Assembly (NCBI GenBank): GCA_021772165.1 | Contig: JAJFMM010000149.1 | Location: forward strand, 1-33,062 | Direction of reading: 5' to 3' | DNA: 33,062 nucleotides | Source of the DNA: Chlamydiota bacterium | GTDB lineage: Bacteria > Chlamydiota > Chlamydiia > Chlamydiales > SM23-39 | In this document: positions 16,167 to 23,967 of the stretch, in pieces | Layout: every line of letters begins with the position of its first letter | How positions within the stretch are numbered: the stretch's first letter is position 1 | Translations under genes and position numbers: made by a program | Notes under the pieces: model-generated | Database searches by the model: none | What the model was told of the DNA's origin: nothing | Seen by the model: the letters and a program-made list of their open reading frames with translations, nothing else

Positions 16167-17117
16167 TCAGCTTAGTCCTTGTTCAGTCAGCCATCTCTCT
16201 GCGTCCAAAGCCGCCATACAACCGGTACCTGCCGCTGTAACGGCTTGTCGATAATGGGGATCTTGAACATCGCCTGCGGCAAACACACCCTCGAGGCTTG
16301 TCAAGCTAGTACCTGCTTTAACTTCGACATAACCCGCGGGATTGAGTTTGATCTGGCCTTTGAGAAAGTCTGTATTCGGTTTGTGGCCGATCGCAAAGAA
16401 GACGCCGCCCGCTTCATGTTCTTCTATCTTGTCGGACTTGATATCTTTCAGATGCACTTTGCGCACGATCTGATCTCCCGTCACTTTTTCCAGACTCTGA
16501 TTCCAGAGGATCGTGATTTTCGGATGCTTCATGGCGCGCTCGGCCATGATCTTGGAAGCTCTGAGCTCATCGCGACGATGCACGAGATAGACCTGGCTAC
16601 CATATTTCGTTAGAAATATCGCTTCTTCCACAGCACTATCTCCGCCACCGAAGACATAGAGCGGTTTGTTGCGAAAAATGGGCGCAGCGCCGTCGCACAC
16701 AGCGCAAGCAGTAACACCTTTTTGCCAGAATTCACCATCGCGGGTGCCTTCGACATCTAACCGTTTCGCTGTTGCACCAGTTGAGATAATCAGTGATTGC
16801 GCTAGTACTTTCGTGTTCGAGCCTTCAACATAATAAGGTCGTTTGGATAGATCGACAGAGACGACATCTTCGGTTAAAACCGTCGTTCCGAAGCGGACGG
16901 CTTGTTCCTTGAACTTCTCCATCATCTCTGGACCAAGAACGCCCTCGGGAAATCCTGGATAGTTTTCGACATCCGTAGTGGTCATGAGTTGGCCGCCAGC
17001 TGGGCCGGACATGAATCCCTCATAAAGTACAGGCTTAAGATTTGCTCTTGCTGCATAGATTGCAGCTGTATAGCCCGCGGGACCGGAGCCGATGATCACT
17101 AACTTCTGTTCTTCCAT
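16167..17117 (-). CDS. trxB: Thioredoxin-disulfide reductase
   Basis: FAD motif [18 protein letters not shown], redox-active CAVCDG, NADPH motif [10 protein letters not shown]. Confidence 0.95.
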   Translation of the reverse strand: MEEQKLVIIGSGPAGYTAAIYAARANLKPVLYEGFMSGPAGGQLMTTTDVENYPGFPEGVLGPEMMEKFKEQAVRFGTTVLTEDVVSVDLSKRPYYVEGSNTKVLAQSLIISTGATAKRLDVEGTRDGEFWQKGVTACAVCDGAAPIFRNKPLYVFGGGDSAVEEAIFLTKYGSQVYLVHRRDELRASKIMAERAMKHPKITILWNQSLEKVTGDQIVRKVHLKDIKSDKIEEHEAGGVFFAIGHKPNTDFLKGQIKLNPAGYVEVKAGTSLTSLEGVFAAGDVQDPHYRQAVTAAGTGCMAALDAERWLTEQGLS

Positions 17118-17227
17118 TATTCTTAAAACCCCCCAAAAGCAGATCGATGAAAAAATTTAGAGTACCAACATTTTTACACCGCATGCGCGAATTTCCTCAA
17201 GGATCGATTTTGAAAATCTGTAATTAA

Positions 17228-17324
17228 AAAAGGACAGGATAAGCAAGATCGCGAGCGGCAGGATAGGCAAGATAGAAAATCCTGCACATCTTGCCGCTCG
17301 CGATCTTGCTTATCCTGTCCTTTT
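17228..17324. terminator. Very long perfect hairpin (33-bp stem) with U-tracts on both strands; intrinsic terminator of the 53-codon ORF
   Basis: 17228-17260 (aaaaggacaggataagcaagatcgcgagcggca) is the exact reverse complement of 17292-17324. The stem extends to 37 bp with one G.U pair. On the minus-strand RNA the GC-rich stem is followed by UUUUUUAAUUA; on the plus strand by UUUUAUU. Confidence 0.75.
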
Positions 17325-17388
17325 ATTCGAAAAATTCCCGGATAACTTACTTTTGCGAAATAGCGTTTTCTAGGGCTTATTTTTGGAT

Positions 17389-17550
17389 TTATGCTTTTGA
17401 GATAGGGTCTACATAACCCGACTGTGTGATACCAGACCAGTGAGACTCATCATGTGCAAGATCGTCTCTAGTCTTAGATTCTTGAACTGCCGTAGGACCT
17501 TGATCTACATAAGGAGTTGCGTGACCAGTAGGATTAATTGGTGATGCCAT
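17389..17550 (-). CDS. Unannotated small ORF, 53 aa, hydrophilic (MASPINPTGHATPYVDQGPTAVQESKTRDDLAHDESHWSGITQSGYVDPISKA)
   Basis: It is below the 60-aa cutoff of the ORF track. ATG at 17550-17548, with a GAGG RBS (17561-17558) 7 nt upstream and TAA at 17391-17389. An extended -10 promoter lies upstream and the 33-bp hairpin lies 64 nt downstream, so it forms a self-contained transcription unit. Confidence 0.5.
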   Translation of the reverse strand: MASPINPTGHATPYVDQGPTAVQESKTRDDLAHDESHWSGITQSGYVDPISKA

Positions 17551-17581
17551 CTTATTACCTCTTCTTTGTTTGCCTTCATCA

Positions 17582-17590
17582 ATTATATCA
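17582..17590 (-). promoter_or_regulatory. Extended -10 promoter element TGATATAAT (TGnTATAAT) for the 53-codon ORF
   Basis: The minus-strand sequence reads ...AACGAAAATATGATATAATTGATGAAGGCAAACAAAGAAGAGGTAATAAGATG. This gives a perfect TATAAT with TG one nucleotide upstream. The -35 is weak (ATAGGA at 17-nt spacing). Confidence 0.45.
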
Positions 17591-17654
17591 TATTTTCGTT
17601 AAGATCCTATTAATAATGGGATGAGAGCAAGTTCCTTACCTTAAGGCACTTTAG

Positions 17655-18473
17655 TTAGAAATATTCGTCAGAAATCTCTTTAGAACGGCGACATGAAGCC
17701 TGAATGGCTGAGGTAAGCTTTTCAGGAATCTGCTCTTGGCGCAGCACATTGAGCCCCGCCTGGGTAGTGCCCCCGGGGGTGGCGATCTGCTGCAATAGAT
17801 CCCGCGGCAGCTGCCCTTTCTGGATCAGCTTGGCAGCCCCAAGGAAGGTCTGAGCTGCAATTTGGAGGGCCTTATTGTAGGTAATCCCCTCTTTTTCCCC
17901 GATTTTCGCCATCGCCTCGATCAGCTCGAGGACGAGTCCGGGGCCACTGCCTGCCATCCCGCAGCCGATATCCATCTGCTGTTCGGCTATCTCAATCGTC
18001 TGACCTGAGGCTCCAAAAAGGAGGTTTACGAGGCTTCTGAACTCAATCGAGGGATGGGAAGCAAAGGAGAGCAGGCTCATCCCCTCTGCCACCGAAGAGG
18101 CGATATTGGGCATGACTCTGGCAATTTGAGCCTTCGAGCCTAAATGCTTTTGTAAAAAAGAGAGTTGAATCCCCGCCATCACTGAGACAAACATTTTTGA
18201 GCTGGGATTGAGTTCTGCTAAATCTCTCAACATAAACTCAGCCTGATTGGGCCGAACACAGATCAAAAGCAGATCGGACTTATCCATTAGATGGCCCAGG
18301 CTCGTCGCTGTGATTCCAAAGTCCTGCTCATTTTGCTTCGCTTTGGCCGGATCGCGCCTGTGAAAAAGTATTTGAGAGCGAGGGATTAACCTGGCATTTT
18401 CTATGGCCCTGCAAAGGATTTGAGCCATATGACCAAACCCCACAAAACCTATATGGTAATTTTCAATCTTCAT
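17655..18473 (-). CDS. proC: Pyrroline-5-carboxylate reductase
   Basis: Rossmann N-terminus IGFVGFGHMAQILCRAI and C-terminal signature ATPGGTTQAGLNVL, at 272 aa. Confidence 0.9.
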   Translation of the reverse strand: MKIENYHIGFVGFGHMAQILCRAIENARLIPRSQILFHRRDPAKAKQNEQDFGITATSLGHLMDKSDLLLICVRPNQAEFMLRDLAELNPSSKMFVSVMAGIQLSFLQKHLGSKAQIARVMPNIASSVAEGMSLLSFASHPSIEFRSLVNLLFGASGQTIEIAEQQMDIGCGMAGSGPGLVLELIEAMAKIGEKEGITYNKALQIAAQTFLGAAKLIQKGQLPRDLLQQIATPGGTTQAGLNVLRQEQIPEKLTSAIQASCRRSKEISDEYF

Positions 18474-18650
18474 ATCTTTTGGGTTATAGCAATATTCCCA
18501 TATATCCTACAAAAAAAGATTTGACCAGCGACCAAGTTTTGAGCTCATTTAGGTATAATAGAAAAAGCCTGGTTCTGAACAACATAATCTATTATCAGAA
18601 ATCTTTCTATGTCGTAGACTATCTGCAAATCAACAAACTGCAATCCTGAA

Positions 18651-21410
18651 ATGCAACGAATTTTACAAAAAGCTTTTGGAATTTACCCCGGAGAGGGCCT
18701 TAAAGCGTTTCGTTTTGCACGTATGGCGATTTTCTGGGCTCTTGGGATTATGACCTTGGAGACCCTCTCCGATGGCCTCTTCCTCGAGAAAGTGGGCTCC
18801 CACTCCCTGCCCACCGCCTATCTCATGATCGCCCTCCTGATGATCGGGATCTCAAGCTTGATGCTCTATATGCTGAGGATGACCAGCCCTTACCGTATCC
18901 TGACAACTGTCATGCTGCTTGGGACTTGCATAGGTATTACGGCGGCCATCTTCCTCCTTGGCACTCCCCCATCCTGGTTTTGGCTGACCTTTAAAATTCT
19001 TTCTAGAATGCTTTTCGTCATGCTGATCGCCTGCAGCTGGACCTTTATCGACCAATACCATGACCTGCAAGATGCCAAAAGGGTCTATTCCCTCTACAGC
19101 GCCGCCTTCTTTTTTGGGAGCATCTGCTCCGGCACGCTCATCAATATGGCTCTGGAGTCGATAGGCTTTCCCTGCATGCTCCTGATCGGCGCCACCTCGC
19201 TTCTGCTCGCTTTTCGAGAAGCGCGCTCCATCGCCCTGAAGATGCCGCCTCCTCATGATGACAGTACGGACGGGATTTTCTCTAGCGACCGCAGCGGTTT
19301 CGGTGCGATCGCCCGCCTCATCCGACGCTCCCCCTTTACGATCCTGCTTCTCTCCTTGAGCCTGACCATTCAGCTGATTTTCACCGTGTCAGAGTTCAAC
19401 TACATGGAAACGTTTGGCCGGGTCATCGGCGGTGGTGCTGAGGGCAATGAGGGAGCGATCGCTGAATTTTTAGGCCGCTGCCGCGCTTGGATCTCAACGG
19501 GCAATATCTTGATGGGTCTCTTCTGCTACAGTCGATTTGTGCGCCGGCTCGGCTTGAACAATGCTATCCTGATCACTCCGATCTGCTTTATGATTGTCTA
19601 TTCTCAATGGGTTTTCAACGATACCCTCCTGATTGCTATCTGCGGACTGATCACAGTCGATGGAATCATGTTCACCGTCGAAGACAACTCCTTCAACCTG
19701 CTCACTAACGCGGTTCCGGCAAAACTCAAATCGAAAGTCCGCATCATCAACGACTCTTTCTTTGAACCTGTCGGGATGCTGATCAGCTCCCTTCTTCTTC
19801 TTTGCATGGAATCTGGAAGCCGGGTGCTCGGATTAACTCTAGCGATTTTAGCTCTGGTCGTAACCTTGCTATTAAGAGCTATCTATGCCAAATCACTCCT
19901 GATCAATCTCAAGGAGAACGCCCTTCACTTTGAGAGAAAAATTAGAGACTGGCTCTCCTCTTTAAACCGCAGAGAAGAGAAGGAATCGCACAAAAATATT
20001 ATCGACGCCCTGAGAAGCAACCAAGAAGAGATGCGTCTTTTAGCCTGTGAAGCCCTCCTCTCTTTGCCGGGCAGCTCTGTTCTTCCGCAAATTCTCGAGG
20101 TGAGCCGCGCATTCGGCACTCCGAGTAGAATCCGCCTGCTCCGTCTTTTTGAAGCGAGTCCTTTCGCCAACGCCCCCCAAGTTCTCGATTCAATCTCTGG
20201 CTGGGTCTCAGAGAGTCAATCTCCTGAGTTTTGCAAATGGGCTAATTTCTACCTGGCAAAGCGCGGCCTGCATCCCACGGATCAGATCGAAGAAGAGCTG
20301 GAACACTCCGATCCGCTGATACGAGCCGCAGCGATTCTCACGCTACAAAAAAGATCGACCTCTCTAAACCGTGCCATCGCAGCAAAAAAGATCGATCTAA
20401 TGCTCAAATCAGAGCGTATCGATGAGATCAGCATGGCTCTCGAAATTCTAGGTGAAGGCTCCTCTGAGAACGTTCCGAAGGCGCTCCCCTTTCTTTCACA
20501 CGGATCGACCCTCGTCAAACGCATCGCCGCAAAGAGCCTTGCAAAGCTGACAAATCGCTCTTCGAGTCCCTACGCGACAAGACTCATTGAGGAGATCGAT
20601 TCAGCTCGCGACAACACCTTCCGCCTCCACTGCCTCGATGCTTTAGGGAACATCAGAGACTCATCCACCATCAAAGACCTTCTGGTTGCCAGCGTCTACT
20701 TCCGCCCGAACGAGCGCAGACGCACCGAGGAGATCATGGTGCAGATGGGGCTCAAAACCGTTCCCCTTCTTCTCTCCATCACAAAAGATATCTCCATCCC
20801 GGAGAGAGGGCGCATTCTTGCAGGGAAAATTTTGGGCCGGCTCGCGCTACCACAACTTCAGGCGAATCTGCATGAGGTGATCGCCATCGAACTAGATCGC
20901 GCCTATTTCTACTTCTATTTTGGTCATACAATTCAGAAACAGTATCCCCTCTACGACCTTGAGATGCTCGAAAGCGCTTTGATGGCAGGCTATCAATCGG
21001 TGATCGACTTCATCTTCCACCTTCTGGGTGCTGCCGGCTCTCTTGATGAGCCTGAGCTGCTCGTGCGCGCGCTGCATAGCCGCAACGCAAAGGTCCAGTC
21101 GCACGCCGTAGAGAGCTTGGAAAAAACATGCAGCCCACGCCTCTTTAGACGAATCGCTCCCTTGATCGATGACCTTCCCGTCGAAGAGAAGCTGGCAGCC
21201 TGCTTGAAACATAAAAAAGATCTGCCCCATCTCTCCCTATCAGATCTTCTTGCGAAACTAGAACAGTCCCCTTCTCTATATGACAAAATTGTAGCTGCCC
21301 GTTTGAAATCTTCACTACAGATGCCAAACTGGAGGCAGGAGCTCAGAGAACAGATTAAACGCTCCGATGAGACCTTTCACCATTTTGCTTACGAGTTATT
21401 GCAATCATGA
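18651..21410 (+). CDS. Fusion protein: N-terminal polytopic NTT(TLC)/MFS-like membrane domain (about 430 aa) plus C-terminal HEAT-repeat domain (about 480 aa)
   Basis: About 11-12 hydrophobic helices. The opening segment (TLETLSDGLFLEKVGSHSLPTAYLMIALLMIG) parallels the nucleotide-transporter N-terminal motif (ILRDTKDTL...GAEAIPFIK). The C-terminal half has repeated helical pairs of HEAT/PBS-lyase type (DPLIRAAAILTL, STLVKRIAAKSLAKL, FRLHCLDALGNIRD, NAKVQSHAVESLEK). Confidence 0.7.
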   Translation: MQRILQKAFGIYPGEGLKAFRFARMAIFWALGIMTLETLSDGLFLEKVGSHSLPTAYLMIALLMIGISSLMLYMLRMTSPYRILTTVMLLGTCIGITAAIFLLGTPPSWFWLTFKILSRMLFVMLIACSWTFIDQYHDLQDAKRVYSLYSAAFFFGSICSGTLINMALESIGFPCMLLIGATSLLLAFREARSIALKMPPPHDDSTDGIFSSDRSGFGAIARLIRRSPFTILLLSLSLTIQLIFTVSEFNYMETFGRVIGGGAEGNEGAIAEFLGRCRAWISTGNILMGLFCYSRFVRRLGLNNAILITPICFMIVYSQWVFNDTLLIAICGLITVDGIMFTVEDNSFNLLTNAVPAKLKSKVRIINDSFFEPVGMLISSLLLLCMESGSRVLGLTLAILALVVTLLLRAIYAKSLLINLKENALHFERKIRDWLSSLNRREEKESHKNIIDALRSNQEEMRLLACEALLSLPGSSVLPQILEVSRAFGTPSRIRLLRLFEASPFANAPQVLDSISGWVSESQSPEFCKWANFYLAKRGLHPTDQIEEELEHSDPLIRAAAILTLQKRSTSLNRAIAAKKIDLMLKSERIDEISMALEILGEGSSENVPKALPFLSHGSTLVKRIAAKSLAKLTNRSSSPYATRLIEEIDSARDNTFRLHCLDALGNIRDSSTIKDLLVASVYFRPNERRRTEEIMVQMGLKTVPLLLSITKDISIPERGRILAGKILGRLALPQLQANLHEVIAIELDRAYFYFYFGHTIQKQYPLYDLEMLESALMAGYQSVIDFIFHLLGAAGSLDEPELLVRALHSRNAKVQSHAVESLEKTCSPRLFRRIAPLIDDLPVEEKLAACLKHKKDLPHLSLSDLLAKLEQSPSLYDKIVAARLKSSLQMPNWRQELREQIKRSDETFHHFAYELLQS

Positions 21411-21835
21411 AACCACTCAGTCTGATAGAAAAAGCCTTCTTCCTGAAAAAGGTAAAACCCTTTTCCGAACTCGCTCTCGATCTTCTACTCGCGATCGCCG
21501 AAAAGCTCTACTACGACGATTACGATGCAGCTGAGCGCGTCTTTGCCCATGGACAAGCCGCCAACCGGATGTATTTCATCATTCAAGGCGCTGTTGAAAT
21601 TCACGATGAGAGAATGCTCCCTCTTTATACAATTGGAGATGGAGACTTTTTTGGAGATGAATCGCTCTTCAATGAGCAGCCACGCAGCTATGGAGCCATC
21701 TGTCGAGCCGATACCGAACTGCTGACGCTCTCTCGCAGCCACCTCCTCTCCATCATCTCGGAGTGCCCCTCTGTCGCCGTTTCTCTCCTCCAGTGCTACG
21801 CCCAACAACTCCCCTGCAGGACGAAAAAGGCATGA
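21407..21835 (+). CDS. Stand-alone cyclic-nucleotide-binding (CAP effector-type) domain protein, 142 aa
   Basis: The beta-roll plus phosphate-binding-cassette pattern is present: MYFIIQGAVEI...GDGDFFGDESLFNEQPRSYGAICRADTELLTLS. Its ATG overlaps the upstream stop (ATGA at 21407-21410). Confidence 0.8.
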   Translation: MKPLSLIEKAFFLKKVKPFSELALDLLLAIAEKLYYDDYDAAERVFAHGQAANRMYFIIQGAVEIHDERMLPLYTIGDGDFFGDESLFNEQPRSYGAICRADTELLTLSRSHLLSIISECPSVAVSLLQCYAQQLPCRTKKA

Positions 21836-22821
21836 AAATCAGAACCAGCCTCTTCCTCTCGCTGCTGCCCACCCTTGCCATCGGTCTTGGGCTCTCCCTG
21901 CCTCTACTCTTCTGCACGCTGCCTGAGAGCATCGTTCCCTATATTCCCCTAGCCATTGGCAGTATCGTCGCTCTAACCCTCTCTACCGCCGTTTCTCTTC
22001 ACATCCTCGCAGGCAAAATTTCGCGTCCTATCAAGAAACTCAACAACTCCGCCTTAGCCATTGCAGCTGGACAATACGCAGAGTCGATCGAGATCCATAG
22101 CCCGAGAGAATTGGGAGAGCTGGCCAACACACTCAACACCATGAGCGAATGCCTCCTCGAAAACATCAATCATCTCAAAGAGCATTCTCAACAAAGAGAG
22201 CAAGCCTATGGAGAAACTGCATGTGCCCGGCTTTTGCAACAGAACCTTCTCCAAAAAAGTATTGATGAGTGCGCCTCGGACGCCATCGCAATTCAATCGA
22301 TCTCGTTTGCTTCCAACGCGCCGAGAGGACTGATCCTCAACTTTCCTCAGACTTCGAAAGAAGAGCATTTCACCCTACATCTCGCAGAGGCCAAAGAAAA
22401 GGGACTCGATGGAATGTATGAGCTCCTGAGTCAATACAAACTCTCAGATGAGCTCCCGATCTCTTCACTCTCTCTTCTGCTAGATCGAGAAAAGTCAGCG
22501 ATTCGCTCCAAAGTAAAACGCTTTCCCTCTCCTCTTTTCTGGTGCCATTCTGAAGAAGAGATTTCCAAGATCAAAGGAGAGTTCCAAGCGATCAAACCCG
22601 GTGATTTTGTCTTCCTGATGAATCACGCTTTCGTCTCTTTCTTCAAGAGTCCTGAGCGCATCTCCCAGATGCTAACAAAGGTATTGAGAGTATTTGCAAC
22701 AGACGGCTTAGAAACCTCTGCCGCGATGCTACAAAAAGAGATCGCGTTTCAAACCAAACGAAAAGACATCCTCGAGGATCTGCACCTGATCTGTCTACAA
22801 GTACTCAGCCCGGAAATCTAA
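21832..22821 (+). CDS. 2-TM / HAMP-domain protein with a degenerate PP2C (SpoIIE/RsbU-like) C-terminal domain, 329 aa
   Basis: I place the start at ATG 21832, giving an ATGA overlap with the cNMP gene stop. Two TM helices are separated by about 9 residues. HAMP segment: ISRPIKKLNNSALAIAAGQYAESIEIHSPRELGELANTLNTM. The C-terminal part aligns by eye to the SpoIIE domain, but the Asp-containing metal motifs are replaced. Confidence 0.7.
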   Translation: MKIRTSLFLSLLPTLAIGLGLSLPLLFCTLPESIVPYIPLAIGSIVALTLSTAVSLHILAGKISRPIKKLNNSALAIAAGQYAESIEIHSPRELGELANTLNTMSECLLENINHLKEHSQQREQAYGETACARLLQQNLLQKSIDECASDAIAIQSISFASNAPRGLILNFPQTSKEEHFTLHLAEAKEKGLDGMYELLSQYKLSDELPISSLSLLLDREKSAIRSKVKRFPSPLFWCHSEEEISKIKGEFQAIKPGDFVFLMNHAFVSFFKSPERISQMLTKVLRVFATDGLETSAAMLQKEIAFQTKRKDILEDLHLICLQVLSPEI

Positions 22822-23602
22822 ACCGCACAGGATCGATTAATTCCTGTACTTCCGGAGAAAGTGCCTCAAACGCCTCTTTCGAAATCTTCATAGCATCCGG
22901 ATTCACGCTGTCTTTAAACCAGTTTCTCAAGTAGGTGAGATAGAGAAGAGGCCTTGGCTCGCTACTCAAATTCGCTCCACCCGCATGAAACACACGATAG
23001 TCCCAAAAATGGCACGCTCCCACAGCTCCCTGAAGAAGAAATTTACAATAGGAAGCCATTTTTAGATCGGTGGGGTACATGAGATGCGAACCCGACCAGA
23101 CAGCGGTCGGACCATTGACAAGATCGACATCTACAAGAGGAATACCGACGGTGATCCCAAAGGGCGGCATGACTCCCCCAAGCGCCCTGAGCTCCTCAAA
23201 GAGCGGCATGTGATCGTCATGAATATGCTGCTCTGCGGCGCCTGGCAGCGCTGTGATTGAGCCCATACTGCTCAAGCGAAAGCTAGAGCCTAAGAGACGG
23301 TCGAAGAGTTTGAGTAAAAAAGGATTTGCATAGATCTCCGGAGCGTCGAAGGGCTCCTTGAACTCGAGCGGTACGTGGTAGCGACGATCCCCTACTCGGG
23401 TTGCATTGAGTATCTCAGAACCATCTTCGCTAAAGGAGAGCTGGCTGAAATAGTGGGCATAGAGCCCCTCAATGTATTCAGGGGAGAAAAGATTGGTGAT
23501 CGATAGGAAACCATGAACTCGGAAGAGCTCGCAAGCTCTCTCGACCATTTCGTAATCCCACTCTCTAGCTTCTATTTCTTTTTTTGTTAGCTTTATTTGC
23601 AT
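22805..23602 (-). CDS. Phytanoyl-CoA dioxygenase (PhyH) family Fe(II)/2-oxoglutarate oxygenase
   Basis: HxD motif in AEQHIHDDH, distal His in YRVFHAGGAN, typical length of 265 aa. Its 3' end overlaps the convergent HAMP gene by 17 nt. Confidence 0.75.
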   Translation of the reverse strand: MQIKLTKKEIEAREWDYEMVERACELFRVHGFLSITNLFSPEYIEGLYAHYFSQLSFSEDGSEILNATRVGDRRYHVPLEFKEPFDAPEIYANPFLLKLFDRLLGSSFRLSSMGSITALPGAAEQHIHDDHMPLFEELRALGGVMPPFGITVGIPLVDVDLVNGPTAVWSGSHLMYPTDLKMASYCKFLLQGAVGACHFWDYRVFHAGGANLSSEPRPLLYLTYLRNWFKDSVNPDAMKISKEAFEALSPEVQELIDPVRFRFPG

Positions 23603-23640
23603 AAGCTAAACTTATAGAAAAAGAATTAATAGAGACAAGG

Positions 23641-23676
23641 AAAAAATAAAAAGGCCGAAGTAACTACGGCCTTTTT
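23641..23676 (-). terminator. Rho-independent terminator downstream of acpP
   Basis: The minus-strand RNA reads AAAAAGGCCG-UAGUUACUU-CGGCCUUUUUAUUUUUU. The GC stem is 23653-23657 paired with 23667-23671, followed by a U-tract. It lies 12 nt after the acpP stop. Confidence 0.55.
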
Positions 23677-23687
23677 AAGTATAATAA

Positions 23688-23927
23688 TTAAGCATTGACT
23701 TTGCGCTTTTCGATGTAGTCAATTACATCGGAAACAGTCTTGAGCTTCTCAGCGTCTTCTTCAGAGATCTCGAAACCAAAGCGCTCTTCAAACGTCATGA
23801 TTAATTCAGTAAGATCGAGAGAATCTGCGTTGAGATCTTCTACGAAAGATTTTGCAGGGCTCACATCGTTGGCATCTACGCCAAGTTGCTCTACAATGAT
23901 ATCAATGACTTCTTGTTGAATCGACAT
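23688..23927 (-). CDS. acpP: Acyl carrier protein
   Basis: 79 aa, with the phosphopantetheine attachment motif [23 protein letters not shown] is present. Confidence 0.95.
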   Translation of the reverse strand: MSIQQEVIDIIVEQLGVDANDVSPAKSFVEDLNADSLDLTELIMTFEERFGFEISEEDAEKLKTVSDVIDYIEKRKVNA

Positions 23928-23967
23928 AGTTCCTCTTCATTTAAATAAATTTTACACACAAGTTGGT

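Noticed and set aside
17228-17324. Reading the 33-bp inverted repeat as a MITE or IS remnant.
   Set aside because: There are no flanking target-site duplications, only about 31 bp lie between the arms, and no transposase is nearby. The flanking A/T runs are themselves part of the stem. It is kept as a terminator/structured element, with copy number still to be checked.
18852-21286. Several minus-strand ORFs of 60-134 aa (18852-19256, 19925-20170, 20892-21230, 20993-21286 and others) inside the NTT/HEAT gene.
   Set aside because: All lie antisense to a single uninterrupted 919-codon ORF with coherent TM and HEAT architecture. They have Arg-rich, low-complexity translations and no start signals.
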